Notes under the pieces: model-generated
Seen by the model: only the letters and a program-made list of their open reading frames with translations
What the model was told of the DNA's origin: nothing
Databases searched by the model: none
Assembly: GCA_951406725.2 (NCBI GenBank)
Contig: OX597815.1
Location: 197,594,001 to 197,658,000 of the forward strand
DNA length: 64,000 nucleotides
Source of the DNA: Octopus vulgaris
Lineage: Eukaryota
Reading direction: 5' to 3'
In this document: positions 1 to 13,791 of the stretch, piece after piece
How the letters are laid out: each line of letters begins with the position of its first letter
Position numbering within the stretch: position 1 is the stretch's first letter
Made by a program: the position numbers and the translations under genes

Positions 1-729
1 ACAGACGAACTTGCAAGGTGAATAAAAAAAAAATATTGGATACCAAAGTTTGAGGGGATAGAATCTGAGGATAGTAGAGTCCCCGAGACTGGCATTTCTT
101 AATGACGGACAGCAACGTAGTGGCAGTTTAACGGCTGGCGTAAAGTTTTGAACTTGATGTAAAAGAAAGTTTTGAAGGGATTCTTTCTCAGGACAGTAGA
201 CTCACCATGGCAAGCATTCAAAACTTCTTCATCATGGACAGCAACACATTGACGATTTAAAGGCTGGCGCAAATTTTTTAGCTTGATGTAAACAGAGAAT
301 TCCTAAACACCCGCTCCTATAAATTTTAATGCCCTTCCAGGCCCATTTAGACCCCTTTTCACATTTTCGTTAATATAACCCGATTTTATTCGGGTCTAGT
401 CGGGCCACATTTTATAAGATGAGGAATTTTGTCCTGGAGGTCAGGCCTTTCATTTGGGGAAAACAATAGTTGCCATGCAAACTCGCCAGCACTTTTGACA
501 TAGGTGTGCATATTTTCAGCTCAACCGACCACATAATGCACACATTATATATATATATATATATACGTATTATATATATGTGTGTGTACGCATTATATAT
601 ACAAATCTATACAAATTATATATATATACATATATATACATATATATATGTATAAATACAGATATATACACTTTGTATATATACATTATATATACATATT
701 TATATATAGAACACATACACACATATATA

Positions 730-1202
730 AATTAACCCAATAAATATCTGATTCATAATATTTGTTCTCATGATTGTGTGGTGGTGGTGTCGATAATAAA
801 ACTCTCTATAAATGCAGACAGACGTACAGAGAGAGACAGAGAGAGAGAGAGGGTGCGGTGGAAGAAAGAGTGACAGAGCTGGCGAAGGCGGCGGGGGATA
901 GATGGAAAGATAGTAGTAGCTGTCAAACGTCGTTAGAGAGAAATTGTAAGGAAGAGAGGAAAGAGAGAGAGAGGAAGGAAGAACGGCAGATAAGAGAATG
1001 AGAGAAGACTTGTCAAATTGTGCGTTTTTTGCCCTAGTAACCATACCTTTTAAGATAGGGATTTCTAACTTAGCCCACTCACATCCTCACTTCATTTTAA
1101 ATGTAAATTTTGGAGTCAATCCGACGGGATCTAGTGGCTTTTATCCCGTTCCGATGCCAAAATGAGACAAACTTTTCGCATTTCAGATTTATAGATATGG
1201 AT
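730..1202 (-). mobile_element. Possible non-autonomous Helitron-like element, 5' end
   Basis: Minus strand reads ATCCATATCTATAAATCTGAAATGCGAAAAGTTTGTC, resembling the TC-starting 5' ends of non-autonomous Helitrons. Short hairpin CGGGAT..ATCCCG at 1125-1147. No 3' CTRR end identified. Confidence 0.3.
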
Positions 1203-2056
1203 ATGATATATATATTTATCTTTTGTACGAAATAAGCACGATGTCTGTTTTGAATGTATGCATCATATTCCAGCTGTTAGGATAGCTGTATCAATAAGAC
1301 AGCAGAGAAGACACGTTGCACAGTTTACTGAATCACACTCATAGGCTCATTAAAATGATTCTGAAGTCTGAAATAACACAAGATTTTGGCATACTTACGG
1401 TTAAAATTTAGCTCATATAAACCATTCAGAAACCATACGAGACATCTCATACAAATCGATAAAATTTCATATCATTCATTTATCGTTTCACATATATATA
1501 TAAATTTGGCAGGATATCAATTATGCCCTCAAATAAAGAAATGTTCGACAAGAATTAGTATGAAATGTAGAACTATGTACAATACAACCCCTACTATGAA
1601 TAAGTGCAAATGTACCTTGTAACTCACTGTTCTACTTCACTAAATAACACATATAATGTTACCAACACCATCTAGATATAAACGGTAGCCGTGTTTACAG
1701 TAACAGTAAATACTGAAAACGGATCAAGAGACGGCGATATTTAGATATGATGATGACACAAATATGAATAAATAAGGCATCAAATCCTAACAAGAATCCT
1801 TTTAATCCAATTGCCAATTTGCAACCCACATACAGCATAAAATGAGATATGCATGAGATTGAGACTACCTCTAATAGAAGGATTCCCCGGGAGGAACAAA
1901 TGGTTAACATATAATGGGAGAAATGATGACTAAACTGAGACAAATGATCGTATATGTGTACGTGTGTGTATGTGTGTGTGTGTGTGTGTGTGAGTGCACG
2001 CACGCGCGCGGATACACACACACACATATAAATATATATATATATAAATATATATA

Positions 2057-2233
2057 TACTCTTTTACTCTTTACTCTTTTACTTGTTTCAGTCATTTTGA
2101 CTGCGGCCATGCTGGAGCACCGCCTTTTAGTACTTATTCTATCGGTCTCTTTTTTGCCGAACCGCTAAGTGACGGGGACGTAAACACACCAGCATCGGTT
2201 GTCAAGCAATGCTAGGGGGACAAACACACACAC

Positions 2234-2264
<31 letters not shown>

Positions 2265-2429
2265 CATATATACGACAGGCTTCTTTCAGTTTCCGTCTAC
2301 CAAATCCACTCACAAGGCATTGGTCGGCCCGGGGCTATAGCAGAAGACACTTGCCCAAGATGCCACGCAGTGGGACTGAACCCGCAACCATGTGGTTGGT
2401 TAGCAAGCTACTTACCACACAGCCACTCC
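2057..2429 (-). mobile_element. tRNA-derived SINE, family A
   Basis: Reverse complement of the copies at 11055 and 41589. A-box-like GTGGCTGTGTGGTAAG, B-box-like GGTTCAGTCCC, internal (TA)n/(TG)n, tail TGACTGAAACAAG(TAAAAGAG)n. Confidence 0.9.
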
Positions 2430-2444
2430 ATAAATATATATGCA

Positions 2445-2620
2445 AATTTTTTCTCTCCTTGTTTCTCTCCTTGTTTCTTTCCTGTGTATCTTTCTGTCGA
2501 AGAGCATAGGCTCGAAACGTAAAAGACTTGTTTTATTTCTATTCCTGAGCGCCATACTAATACATTGTTTGTTTGTACTCCACCTGCTTCGTCTTTTGTT
2601 TATTTTCGTAAATCTTCTGA

Positions 2621-2623
<3 letters not shown>
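2445..2623 (+). mobile_element. Short PLE-terminus repeat, family H, with variant HHR-like motif at 2489-2526
   Basis: TCTTT-CTGTCGAA-GAGC ATAG GCTC-GAAAC-GTA-AAAGA. Homologous copies at 9665, 24204, 33522 and 56380. Ends in (TA)n. Confidence 0.75.
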
Positions 2624-2698
<75 letters not shown>

Positions 2699-2725
2699 GT
2701 ATATGTATATATATATATATGTATG

Positions 2726-2777
<52 letters not shown>

Positions 2778-2989
2778 TATGTATGTATGTATATGTATAT
2801 ATACATATATATATGTATGTATGTATATGTATATATACATATATATATGTATGTATGTATATGTATATATACATATATATATATGTATGTATGTATATGT
2901 ATATATACATATATATATTTAGGTATGTATATGTATATATACATATATATATGTATGTATGTATATGTATATATACATATATATATAGG

Positions 2990-3072
<83 letters not shown>
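2624..3072. repeat. Compound (TA)n/(TATG)n/(CA)n microsatellite
   Basis: Directly visible. It generates the YIYI ORFs. Confidence 0.95.
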
Positions 3073-3472
3073 CTTCTTTCAGTGTTTATTTTTCAGTCAT
3101 TTTGACAATGGCCATGCTGTAGCACCAATTTTAGTCACACAAATCGACCCCAGGAAATTCTATTTTAAGCCTAGTACTTATTCTGTTAGACTTTTGACAA
3201 ACCGCTAAGTTACGGGCACGTAAACACATCTACATCGGTTGTCAAGCGATGTTGGGGAGACAAACAAGGACCACACACACACACAGATACACGCACATGC
3301 ATACAAATATATACGGCAAGCTTCTTTCAGTTTCCGTCTATCAAATCCAGTCACAAGGGTTTCCTCGGCTCGGACGTTTCGTAGAAGACACCTAACCTAG
3401 GTGCCACGCAGTGAGGCTGAACCCAGAACTGTGTGGTTAGGAAGCAAGCTTCTTACAACACAACGACAACGC
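3072..3472 (-). mobile_element. SINE family A, diverged copy
   Basis: Collinear with the 2057-2429 copy, with many substitutions. Confidence 0.85.
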
Positions 3473-3525
3473 ATATGTGTGTGTATGCATGTATGTATGT
3501 ATGTATGTATGTATGTATGTATGAA

Positions 3526-3617
<92 letters not shown>

Positions 3618-3676
3618 TATATTAAGTATAGGAAAGAATGGAGCTGAACGAAGATTTAACAAAATTCCTTCATTTT

Positions 3677-3762
3677 ATTTTCGACATATGTTTCGAAGTC
3701 TGCAAAATCCCTAATTCCGGATGAATAAGGAGTCCATTATGCAGCATTCTCTTCAGGAAAAT
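3677..3762 (-). ncRNA. Type I hammerhead ribozyme, canonical core
   Basis: Minus strand: ATTTTC-CTGAAGA-stem II (GAATGCTGCA..TGCAGACTTC)-GAAAC ATAT GTC-GAAAAT. 6-bp stem I, palindromic stem III, GUC cleavage triplet. Confidence 0.85.
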
Positions 3763-4367
3763 CCAGGAACTTAATTCTCCAACAAAATGCACAAGTTTTT
3801 CGATGACTGCTCACGAGGAGCCCATAGAAATAATGATAAATAATGTCTATTTATAGGGGGTGACGCCAGATTAGTTGAAAGTAGGAGAAAATGTCCGTTA
3901 AAATAGTTCAAGGGTTCAATCAGGGTTGGAGAAAGAAGGTAAAGGAAAATTAAAGTGAGGGAATGTATTCTGTATGACTGGTGTTTATATTTGATTTATT
4001 TTATGATTGAGTGCTCGTATGTATGAGTGTGTAAAATTGCCTTAATGTGTGTGTGTGTGTGTGTGTGTATGTGTGTCTGTGAATGCGTGAATGTGTGTGT
4101 GTGTGTCTGTGAATGCGTGAATGTGTGTGTGGAAGGCAGAGAGAAAGAATTAACGGTCAGGAGGTGAAAAGACTGTGTCTGTGTGTTCGAATGTGTCAAC
4201 TTAAGAGGGAGAGGGCAGATGGGGGCAACAATAGTAATGACAAGAGACAGGGTTACTGCTGGAATTGGTAGTAGTTCTTAGCAATTATGAGAAAGTCTTA
4301 TAAACTTAAGGGATGAGATATCACATTTTAATTTTGTAGGAAATCCAGGGGTTATCTATATTAGACT

Positions 4368-5947
4368 TCATTCGTATGAGTGAAAGGTATGCTTTTTCCA
4401 GTGTAGGCATCTGAAAGATCTCTCGACAATGGAGTTTATTAATTTGCCTCCGGCAAACAGAATATGAAAGAGTTCGGAATTACAGAGGGCACAGATTTTT
4501 CTGCCCTTATCAAACGGTAAGGACACCGATAATATTGACCATTCCAGCTTAAAAGTTGAATTTGCGTTCTTCAAACGCCAGACTAATTTGCTTAGGCCCG
4601 TGGCGTGCTGTTTACTCTTATCACGGAACGTGGAAAAATGATTTGATATCCTTGTGGCTAATTTAGAGGAGGTTGCGCCAATATAGAGGTAGACATCGGA
4701 TCCAGCAGAAATTTTGTACTGGTAAGGGTGTTTCTAATTTTGGAGTTTTTTTATAAGAACCTTAATCTATTGGGATTAGTTTCCGATACTAATACGGCGT
4801 TCTTATTTCTATGATGGTTGTAAAAATTACTGCTGGATTCGACACTATTCAACCTATTTTCATTACTATTTAAGGCAATATCACCTGCACATTCCCTGTT
4901 TCTGGGAATGCTGTGATTGTTATTGTCCATAAAACTACTGTTTTTAAAACCGCTGCTACTATTATTGTTGAGACCCCCTCCGTTAATGACCAGGCCAGTG
5001 CTCTTATCCTTATTATTATTACTAACGCCAATGCTGGTATGAAGGCTGCTAATATCTGTGCTATTTCTATTATTAATATTATTACTATATGTTATGTTGG
5101 AATCTGACAGGGCGGTGTCTCTGCTCATGGGTGACGAGACCTTATTTAGCAGCTTATTGTTATGGGAGGCAATTATCTGTGAGAGTTTTTTAGTATTTGA
5201 GAAAGCAATCCTTACTTTGTACGAATTTATAGTGGAGTAATATCTCGAATTTCTGGGAAAATTCCTGGCAATGGCTTGGCGAAACTGTAAAGGGAGGTTA
5301 GATCCGATTTGTTTTCCAAAGGGAATGACAAACCAGATATAGTTTTTTCTGTTCTTGTACTGGCTCGGAGTGTTAACTCTTACGTTAAGGGGGGCATCTC
5401 TGTGTTGAAGAATGGGTTTTGGCCTACGATGGTCTCCCTTGGACCGCAAATTATTTATGTTAGCTATATTTGTGTCGACATTTCTAGAGCTACCATCACT
5501 ACTTATATTATTTATATTATTGTAAGTTGACTTATCTTGATGAGCAAATACTGGTTTCGGAAGGGCCGGGTCTATATATGCTACCTTTTCCCTATAACAG
5601 GCTTTTGACAGGGCGGCATTATAGAATTCCGCTTTATGCTTAAAAATGTCGACGTTGGCAGATAAATTTAATAATCTTAAAGAAATATTTTTAACTAAAT
5701 TATCTGTGATAGTTTGTGCGTGGTTAGAGAAAACACTGATATATTTTAGGTTTGTGGAAGGTTTATGGTAGGGGCAGTAAAAATTGCTATGCAGATTTAG
5801 TGTAACATCTAAGAAATTGGCCTTAGTTAGTTCGTTATCGAAAACTATGTTCATGCCCATCCTACTAAAGAACCTAGCTAATCTATTTCTAGTTTTCTGT
5901 ATCATTCTGTTCGGGGCATTCTGTAGGTAAAACAGACAATCGTCGTT
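4368..5947 (-). pseudogene. PLE reverse transcriptase C-terminus plus GIY-YIG endonuclease, broken near 4740
   Basis: DDCLF...NFLDVTLNL...PYHKP...YISVFSNH (RT motifs and thumb), linker KNRKNYIWFVIPF...IIASHNNKLL, then YQYKISAGSDVYLYIGATS...RISNHFSTF...LSKLVWRLK...CALCNSE...RCLH (GIY-YIG). Confidence 0.88.
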
Positions 5948-6005
5948 TGCTACCCAGTATCGGTTATCTTTCGAATTATCCGTAATAAGATATATCATTT
6001 GTCTA

Positions 6006-6054
<49 letters not shown>

Positions 6055-6084
6055 ATATATATATATATGCATGCACATGTATAT

Positions 6085-6458
6085 ATAAAAAAATATTCCG
6101 AATGAGACAAAAATCCAAGGTTGTGAAAGATTTTAGATCATTTATAAATAGGTCTTACAGCTGTTTCCGGGATATTTTATATATTCCTTAATTTTCTCAC
6201 TCTGTCTCTGATAAAAAAATTTATAAAATATCCCGGAAACAGCTGTAACGCCTATTTATAAATATTCTAAATTCTTCCACAACTTTGGGTTTTTTCTCAT
6301 TCAGAAAAAAGTTTTTATATATACACATGCTGATATATTACATACGTTGGACTCCGAATCTGGAGCTTAAATATAGTCTGTCCATAGCACTTACTCGGCA
6401 TTACTGACACCTTTGGGTCTTATTGACACCATTACTGCTCATAACCTCTACATACCTC

Positions 6459-6460
<2 letters not shown>
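6085..6460 (+). mobile_element. (TA)n-flanked PLE-terminus fragment with foldback (arms ~6085-6181 / ~6222-6322) and degenerate HHR
   Basis: Inverted arms are visible. GTCT-CTGATAA...GAAAC AGCT GTA. Homologous to 46615-46740. Confidence 0.6.
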
Positions 6461-6524
<64 letters not shown>

Positions 6525-6725
6525 TGTATATATATATATATATATATACGTATATATGTTTGTATATATATATATATATATGTTTGTATATATATATATG
6601 TATGTATATATACGTATATATATATGTATGTATATATACGTATATATATGTGTATGTATGTATATATACGTATATATATATGTATATGTATAGGTATATA
6701 TATATGTATGTATATATATATACTT

Positions 6726-6776
<51 letters not shown>

Positions 6777-8259
6777 GTATATATGTGTCTGTGTGTGTGT
6801 GTGTGTGTATAAATTACGAATGAAAAGCAACTCGGCATACATATATATATGTACATACGCACTTGCTTATTTATAGCCACATATTATTTATATCATGAAT
6901 GTAGTAAAAGAAATATATCATTTTCAACGTATACCCGGTGTAGATAATGCAATATATAATGCCGTGTTAATATCGGGTTAAACCCCACCACTAAGACTCC
7001 TATCCCTGTCATTTATAACTTTATCTATATTCCGTTCAATCGAAAAAAACCTATAGACACACATGCACCCACCAGACACACATATATATATATAAAGAAT
7101 ATCAAATACAAATAGCAAAATCTCAAGTGATGTTCATAGTTAATATGCTTTAGTTTGACGCTTAAGAGGAAATGAATTTATAAAGTAAATGTTCTGGGAT
7201 AAACGCGTAGATTATGGACATAGCAATTCGTCGAATACTAGAAGGCAAAGAGAGGAGGGGAAATGAGTATGGGGAAGAGAGAAAAGAGTCACACAACTCA
7301 CCATGAGCGATATGTTTTGAGATAGTGTAAGTGAGAGTGAGGGGGCAAGTTTACCATGAGAAACGCGAAAAATGAAAGTGATAGACGAACAGAGAGAGGA
7401 ATAAAAGGAAGACAGAGAGAGAAAGAGATCTAGAGAGAGAGAGATGGGGGTGGGAACAAAAGAGGAGAAGATTTTTTCTGTTGTTATCACAGATTTTAAA
7501 CTTTCAATATTAAATGAAATTTTCAAATTTGATATTTGCTGTAATTTTTCATGCAAAATCCAAACCTGCGGTTCGTTTATTTCAGAAAATTTTTAGAAAA
7601 ATGCTACAGAAATTTAAATTTTTATCATTTTTACCCAATCAGAAAACAGGAAAACAAGGTATTTGTGCTTGATAGCTCTGTATCATCAAATGAAAGCAAT
7701 TTGTGTTGAAAAGACTAAAATCCATCTCAAGAAGCTAGCAATCTGGCAATGTAGTATTTTCAGAAAGATTAATGCAAATTATTGAGACGATGAATGGTGT
7801 ATTTCCTTTGGGTCCGAACTCATTGTGGGAGTTTAAGAGAATTGTAATCGGAGCTAAATGAAAAAGAGAAAAGAGTAACTTACAATAAAACACAGAAAAT
7901 GTGATTCATGTGTGTATAAGTGAGAGAGAGAGGTGGGGTGATATAAATTAAACGAAAACACCAGCAAGTGTTCCTTGAAGGTGATGGAAATAGTTACTTT
8001 TAAAATGAAAGTAATTAACAGAACCCCAATTGATTTACAAATGTTAAACGTATAGAACTTTTAACGACATGAAGCAGCATCAAACGTGCACGCGTGCAGC
8101 ACATGGATTCGGAGAGAAGGACAGGAATGCTAGGGAGACGAAGAGACTGTGGCAAATGCAGACCAATAAGGATGAATAAATGTGCGTAAATGAACGTAAA
8201 TGCCGACTTGGAATTTACAAACATGTATACCACGCAGTACGTATAATATGGACAAATTA

Positions 8260-8807
8260 TACAGGGTTTTGAAAATGTGTCTCCGCAGTGAATCTTTCAT
8301 CCTGCACATGCGCAACTTGGCTATCACTGCATGGGCTCAAATATTGTCTATCCGTTTGTAGGCCAATTCACTGAAAGTGAATTTAATAATGCTTATTTTC
8401 CGAGCATCACCCTGGCGCTACTTCAAGAGTTTTTCGGTGAACGGATTATTTCGAAGGGAATTTGGTCACAAAATCAACAGATTTAACACAGCCAAACTTT
8501 AATTCGGGAAGCAAGTAAAGAACCAGTGTACAAGAATCGCCCGAAAAACATTAATGAGCTAAAATACACAATCATAACCTTCACACGGTCCATACCGCGT
8601 CAGACTCTACGAGATGTATTCCAAAACATGTGGAGAAGAGTAAACTTATGTATTGAAAATGAAGGACAACATATTCAACAACTCTTATAAAGTCTTTTTG
8701 AAGTCTTGTGACGTCTAATATATACTTTTGTAGTGTCTTATACCATCTTATAAATATATATTTTGTAATAAAATACCTACTGCCGAGAGACTTTTTGAAC
8801 ACACTGT
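8260..8807 (+). mobile_element. Internally deleted Tc1/mariner-superfamily (DD37D/DD41D-like) transposon
   Basis: Degenerate C-terminus LQEFFGERIISKGIW...VYKNRPKNINELK...RRVNLCIENEGQHIQQLL*. Imperfect TIRs CAGGGTTTTGAAAATGTGTCTC / GAGACTTTTTGAACACACTG. Confidence 0.75.
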
Positions 8808-9576
8808 GGAAGTATATTTATTCCCCAACAATTAACATATAGATGTATGTGAACATGTATGTGTGTGTGTGTGTATGTGTACGGGCAGCTGTTCGTATGT
8901 GAAGGCTCATGAATTGGAAATGGCATAAATAGAATTAGAAACAAATATCAATGATTAATGACAACAAAATCGGAGAAAAGGAAACGGTTACATTTTTTTT
9001 TTAATGTATATATCCAAATACACAATTAGATAGATATAGATACACATATGTGCGCGATAGATATAGACACACACACATACACACAAACACTCAGACACAC
9101 TCACACACACTCATGCGCACACATTCATACACACAAACACACACGCACACTTAAGCATATATCTATAATGATTTTTATTAATTTGCCAATATCAATATTT
9201 ACAATAATTTGTAGGCAATGCCGTAAATAGGTTTACTCAATCATTGATAGCGTTTATGCATATCTGTTAAATCCGAGAGAAATATGTGCTCGAGATTCAG
9301 TACCACTCGATTTTTTTGATGAAATCTGGATTCATCGAACATCCTGCAGTACGGCTGTTGCATATATTTAGTAGATGTTCAATGCCATGGCATGTGTATA
9401 TATGCCCGTACGTGTTTTTGTATGTATGTATGTATGTATGTATGTATGTATGTATGTATGTATGTATGTATGTATGTATGTATTTTCAACCTTCCACGTT
9501 TTCTGTGTGTTGCCTTCTCAATTGTTTCGCGTTTCTTTTCTTTTTCAATTTTTCTTACATCGTTATGATAAGCGGT

Positions 9577-9637
9577 TTGAGCCTGATGAATATATTTGAG
9601 ATGCTTCCCAACATACGAAAGTATTAGAAATGCTTAA
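9577..9637 (+). ncRNA. Degenerate hammerhead motif
   Basis: TTGAGC-CTGATGA-imperfect stem II-GAAA...GCTTAA. Stem I pairs, but stem III and the NUH site are eroded. Confidence 0.45.
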
Positions 9638-9664
9638 AGACTTGTATTGTGTCCCTGGTCCGGT

Positions 9665-9870
9665 CTTCGCCATGACAGATCACTAGCCACAACACATTCT
9701 TTATTTTCTCTCCTTGTTTCTTTCTGTGTTCCTTTCTGTGGAAGAGTGTAGGCTCGAAACCTTAAAGACTTTTTCATTTCCCAGGCGTTATACTATTATA
9801 CTAATAGATATGTTTGTTGTCTGCACCACCTGTCTTCGTCCTTTGTTTCCTTTTTGGAAATTCTCCCTTA
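9665..9870 (+). mobile_element. Family H PLE-terminus repeat (variant HHR-like motif 9732-9767)
   Basis: CTTT-CTGTGGAA-GAGT GTAG GCTC-GAAAC-CTT-AAAG. Collinear with the other H copies. Confidence 0.75.
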
Positions 9871-9909
<39 letters not shown>

Positions 9910-11054
9910 CTTACATAATTCTACGATATATCTTGTGAACGATCAAAGATGCATCGTCAGTGATGTAACCTGTCTTCTTTCTCCAAAGTCAGTGGTCTTC
10001 TCTGAGCTATAACTCCCATCTTTGCTGCAGCAGTAACTCCAAACCCGGTCAAAGCTTTCAAGAATGATCGCTCCACATAACCATGAGAGGCAACGTCTAT
10101 TGCGTCACAGTTGTTTCTCAGCCCCGATCTTTATATCGCTCTGTCAGCTCCTGGTATTTGGTGTCTTCTTATCAGCTTCCTTCATGAGTTCCTCCCAAAC
10201 CACAGCCAGTTCTCTCCTCATCCCCTGCTTCCCTTTTTCTTCCTATTTTCTATTTGGCTATGTTTACTTCTCTTTTATCTTTCTTTCTACTCTTTCTTTC
10301 ACTCTCCTTCCCCTCTTTCTCTCTTTCTTTAACCTTGTCTTTTTCCTCCTGTTCTTCCCTTCAACCATTCTTTCTGTTCATTTCCTTTCTTTTACTCTGT
10401 TTCTATTACTCACATTACTCTTTTGTCTTTCTTGCTTCCCTCCTCTTTCCTCCTTTATCATTCTTCCTCTTCCTCATCAAACCATACGACTAGAAACCTA
10501 TATATTAAAGTAAAAACACTATAAATTTCCAGTCCATATATATATGTGGGGAAGGGGGAGTGTGTGGGTGCATGAGTGTGTATGTATGCATATGTGTGTA
10601 TGAGAGGAAGAGAGGCATAGTGCGTGAGTATTTTCATATAAAAGTGGGAATCGATGAATTCAGAGTGCGATAAATTTACTCATCAGATTGCGGTCAGTGG
10701 GTGGGGGATTGAACCCAGCATTGTTGTGATGTTCATTCACGGTTAATGGTAGCGTCCCTATTTCGTTGGGGGAGGGCACATAAGATAATGGTGTGGGCAT
10801 CAGTATCGAATTTCTTATGATTGGCAGTTAGTGGCACCGTTAGTACCGTGACAACCGGGGTGATATATCGAGGGTCCCAATATCATCAACTTTTAGTTTT
10901 AATCTGTTGGAAGCGGCGATTATGGCCCCTTGCTTCGACGAATGGAAATAAGGCACCTAAACGTTATTATTTCTACGTACATACCTACACGCCTACATAT
11001 GCAACTATATGCATGAGAATACAGGCATAAAACAAAAGATACAAATCTGCACAT

Positions 11055-11468
11055 AGGCGCAGGAGTGGCTGTGTGGTAAGTAGCTTGCTTACCAACCACA
11101 TGGTTCTGGGTTCAGTCCCACTGCGTGGCACCTTGGACAAATGTCTTCTACTATAGCCTTGGGCCGACCAAAGCCTTGTGAGTGGATTTGGTAGACGGAA
11201 ACTGAAAGAAGCCCGTCGTATATATGTATATATATGCGTGTGTGTGTGTGTCTGTATGAGTGTGTCTGTGTTTATCCCCCCATCATCGCTTGACAACCGA
11301 TGGGGGTGTGTTTACGTCCCCGTAACTTAGCGGTTCGGCAAAACAGACCGATAGAATAAGTACTGGGCTTACAAAGAATAAGTCCTGGGTTCGATTTGTT
11401 CGACTAAAGGCGGTGCTCCAGCATGGCCACAGTCAAATGACTGAAACAAGTAAAAGAGTAAATGAGTA
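11055..11468 (+). mobile_element. SINE family A, full length
   Basis: tRNA-like head, internal microsatellite, AAGTAAAAGAG tail. Confidence 0.92.
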
Positions 11469-11606
11469 TATGCATTTAGGAATAAGTACCCTGTTGTTGT
11501 TGAAATTCCAATGAAGGATCCTCGCATCTACTCTAGGAACCGATTTTTTTCTCTATTGGCAAGAAATCTTGAAATAAAACTGAATAATGACATACATACA
11601 CAGATA

Positions 11607-11824
11607 GGAGGCGGTGCTGAAAAGTTCCTGGCTTTGGGGAAAAGACAGTACAGGGGATCAGCTAATTATGATTTTATTCAAAGTATCTACCTCTCGGATT
11701 CATACACTTATTGCAGTGGTCCCTCAATTTTTCCAAGCCCTGTAAAAGAACTCGTAAATTTGGGCCTCCAACAAGCAGACCTTTCATGATACCCTTAGAG
11801 CCAGGAACTCTTCACCACCCTTTG
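11607..11824. mobile_element. Mariner-type MITE
   Basis: TIRs GGCGGTGCTGAAAAGTTCCTGGCT / AGCCAGGAACTCTTCACCACCC, flanked by TA. Confidence 0.7.
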
Positions 11825-12814
11825 TACACACATACATATACATGAAGTTCCGCCCTTTCGGTTGTAACTCGCATGTTAATGTAGCATTAGACATAACATA
11901 ATGATATTCAGTTAAATTTCTGTTGTCTAAATACAAACGATCAAGTGGATTCGGAATAATAATAATAATACTAATAATACAGTTCGTTGTGTCAGATTTA
12001 AACTGGACAACGGTTAAGGTCTACTAATTATTTCATCGATGTTGTAGCTATAACTGATTGGAATTTATTGTGAAATTTGTTTGAAGAATATTTGCTATTT
12101 GATGTCTTAATAACACAAACCAATTATTGACAAAGTGCGTTAATATATGTATATAAAGCTTTGTGTAACATTTTCATTTGACAATGCACATATTTGTGTG
12201 TGTGCGCGCATGATTATCAGAGAATATATAATTATACTCACACACACACACACACACACATTTATATATATATACACACACACAGAGAAAAAGAGGGAGA
12301 ATGAGAGGAAACGAAGAGGGACGTTAAACGACAGAAAAAGATACTTATGTGTGTGTGTGTATTCATGTAGATATTAATTTAACGAGAATATTGTTCAATA
12401 AATGGTTGTTGAAAATATCATCCGTTCGTTATCTATTCATTTATTTACATGTCTTATCTACAGAGCATAGAGCAAAACAGATTAAGTATTGTAATATTCA
12501 GTTTATTATATATAATATTCGAATATTAACTTGCAACCAATTTCTAAGTGTAATCACTTTTGTTTGTATGATAGGGCATGCAATAACGGATATCGATTTT
12601 CGTGTTTTAGCTTGTTTATGGAACGCAACGGTAAAACTGCATATTGTATTATAATATTGTTAGGGTTATCGCCGGCCTTTGTGTGCAATCCTCTGTGTAT
12701 CAGTTAATGGCGTTGTGCTTAGATAATTTCAATATCATATTTAATAAACATGGGCTTTCTGGATCTAATAATTCCTGAAGAAATTTTATTATTCCTCCTA
12801 ATATTATTAATATC

Positions 12815-12816
<2 letters not shown>

Positions 12817-12897
<81 letters not shown>

Positions 12898-13100
12898 TAC
12901 TAATAATAACGATAATAATAATAATAATAATGATAATAATAATAATAATGATAATAATAATAATAATGATGACAATAATGATAATAATAATAATAATAAT
13001 AATAATGATAATAATAATAATAATGATGATAATAATAATAATAATGATAATAATAATAATAATAATGATAATAATAATAATAATGATAATAATAATAATC
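12817..13100. repeat. (AAT)n/(GAT) trinucleotide microsatellite
   Basis: Directly visible. Confidence 0.95.
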
Positions 13101-13791
13101 ACTAAAACAAAGATGATAATGCTGATAAGTAGCTGAATAAGTTAATATATGCATTTACGTATATATTCATTTTTTTTCTTTATACAATTTAGTTTTTTGC
13201 CTTTCTTATTGTTACCACCTTATTTACAGTCATCCATTCGGTAAATGAACACGAAAGCACAGGCACACACACTCAACGACTTATGTATATACATAAAACA
13301 TACGCGCAAATTCGCACAGCAAACACTTACACATATATATGTATATTCACACATATATCTCGAAAAGCTTCTTTCTACTTATGTAGAACGGCTGCGTATA
13401 TCCGCATGGAATAATATCTCCACGGTGTAGAGAAGACTGGGTCAAAATTGTGGTGCTAGACTGGAACTCACAAATGCTCTCTCCCACACATTAACACATT
13501 AATCCAGTAATATAATATATCGAAATATAATATACAATTATATAACACACACACACTCACACACATATATATATAAACCATAAATAATTAGGTGATGTGA
13601 GAGTTGATATTTATTTGCCACTTAGATTTACGGACAATTTGGCGGTGCTACTGTGATAACCACACGACTCCTTGAATCCATACATTACACTACACTCACA
13701 CACACATACACACACACATTTGTATGAGTGTATCATGTATACATGTATGAATGCATATATATATGTATCTATGTATGTATATGCATATAAA

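Larger units (their letters stand above)
3622..6008 (-). mobile_element. 5'-truncated Penelope-like retroelement (C-terminal GIY-YIG type)
   Basis: RT C-terminus, GIY-YIG domain, pyrimidine-rich 3' UTR and terminal hammerhead, all on the minus strand. Bounded by (TA)n on both sides. Confidence 0.9.

Noticed and set aside
5948-6118. N-terminal part of the 455-aa ORF
   Set aside because: It reads through (TA)n and a neighbouring element, so it is not part of the PLE protein. The RT is 5'-truncated.
10064-10513. 149-aa hydrophobic ORF as a membrane protein
   Set aside because: It derives from a CT-rich low-complexity tract. At best it is a faint PLE endonuclease/3' UTR remnant that I cannot support.
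10625-10695. Minus-strand CTGATGA motif
   Set aside because: Stems II and III cannot be formed convincingly.
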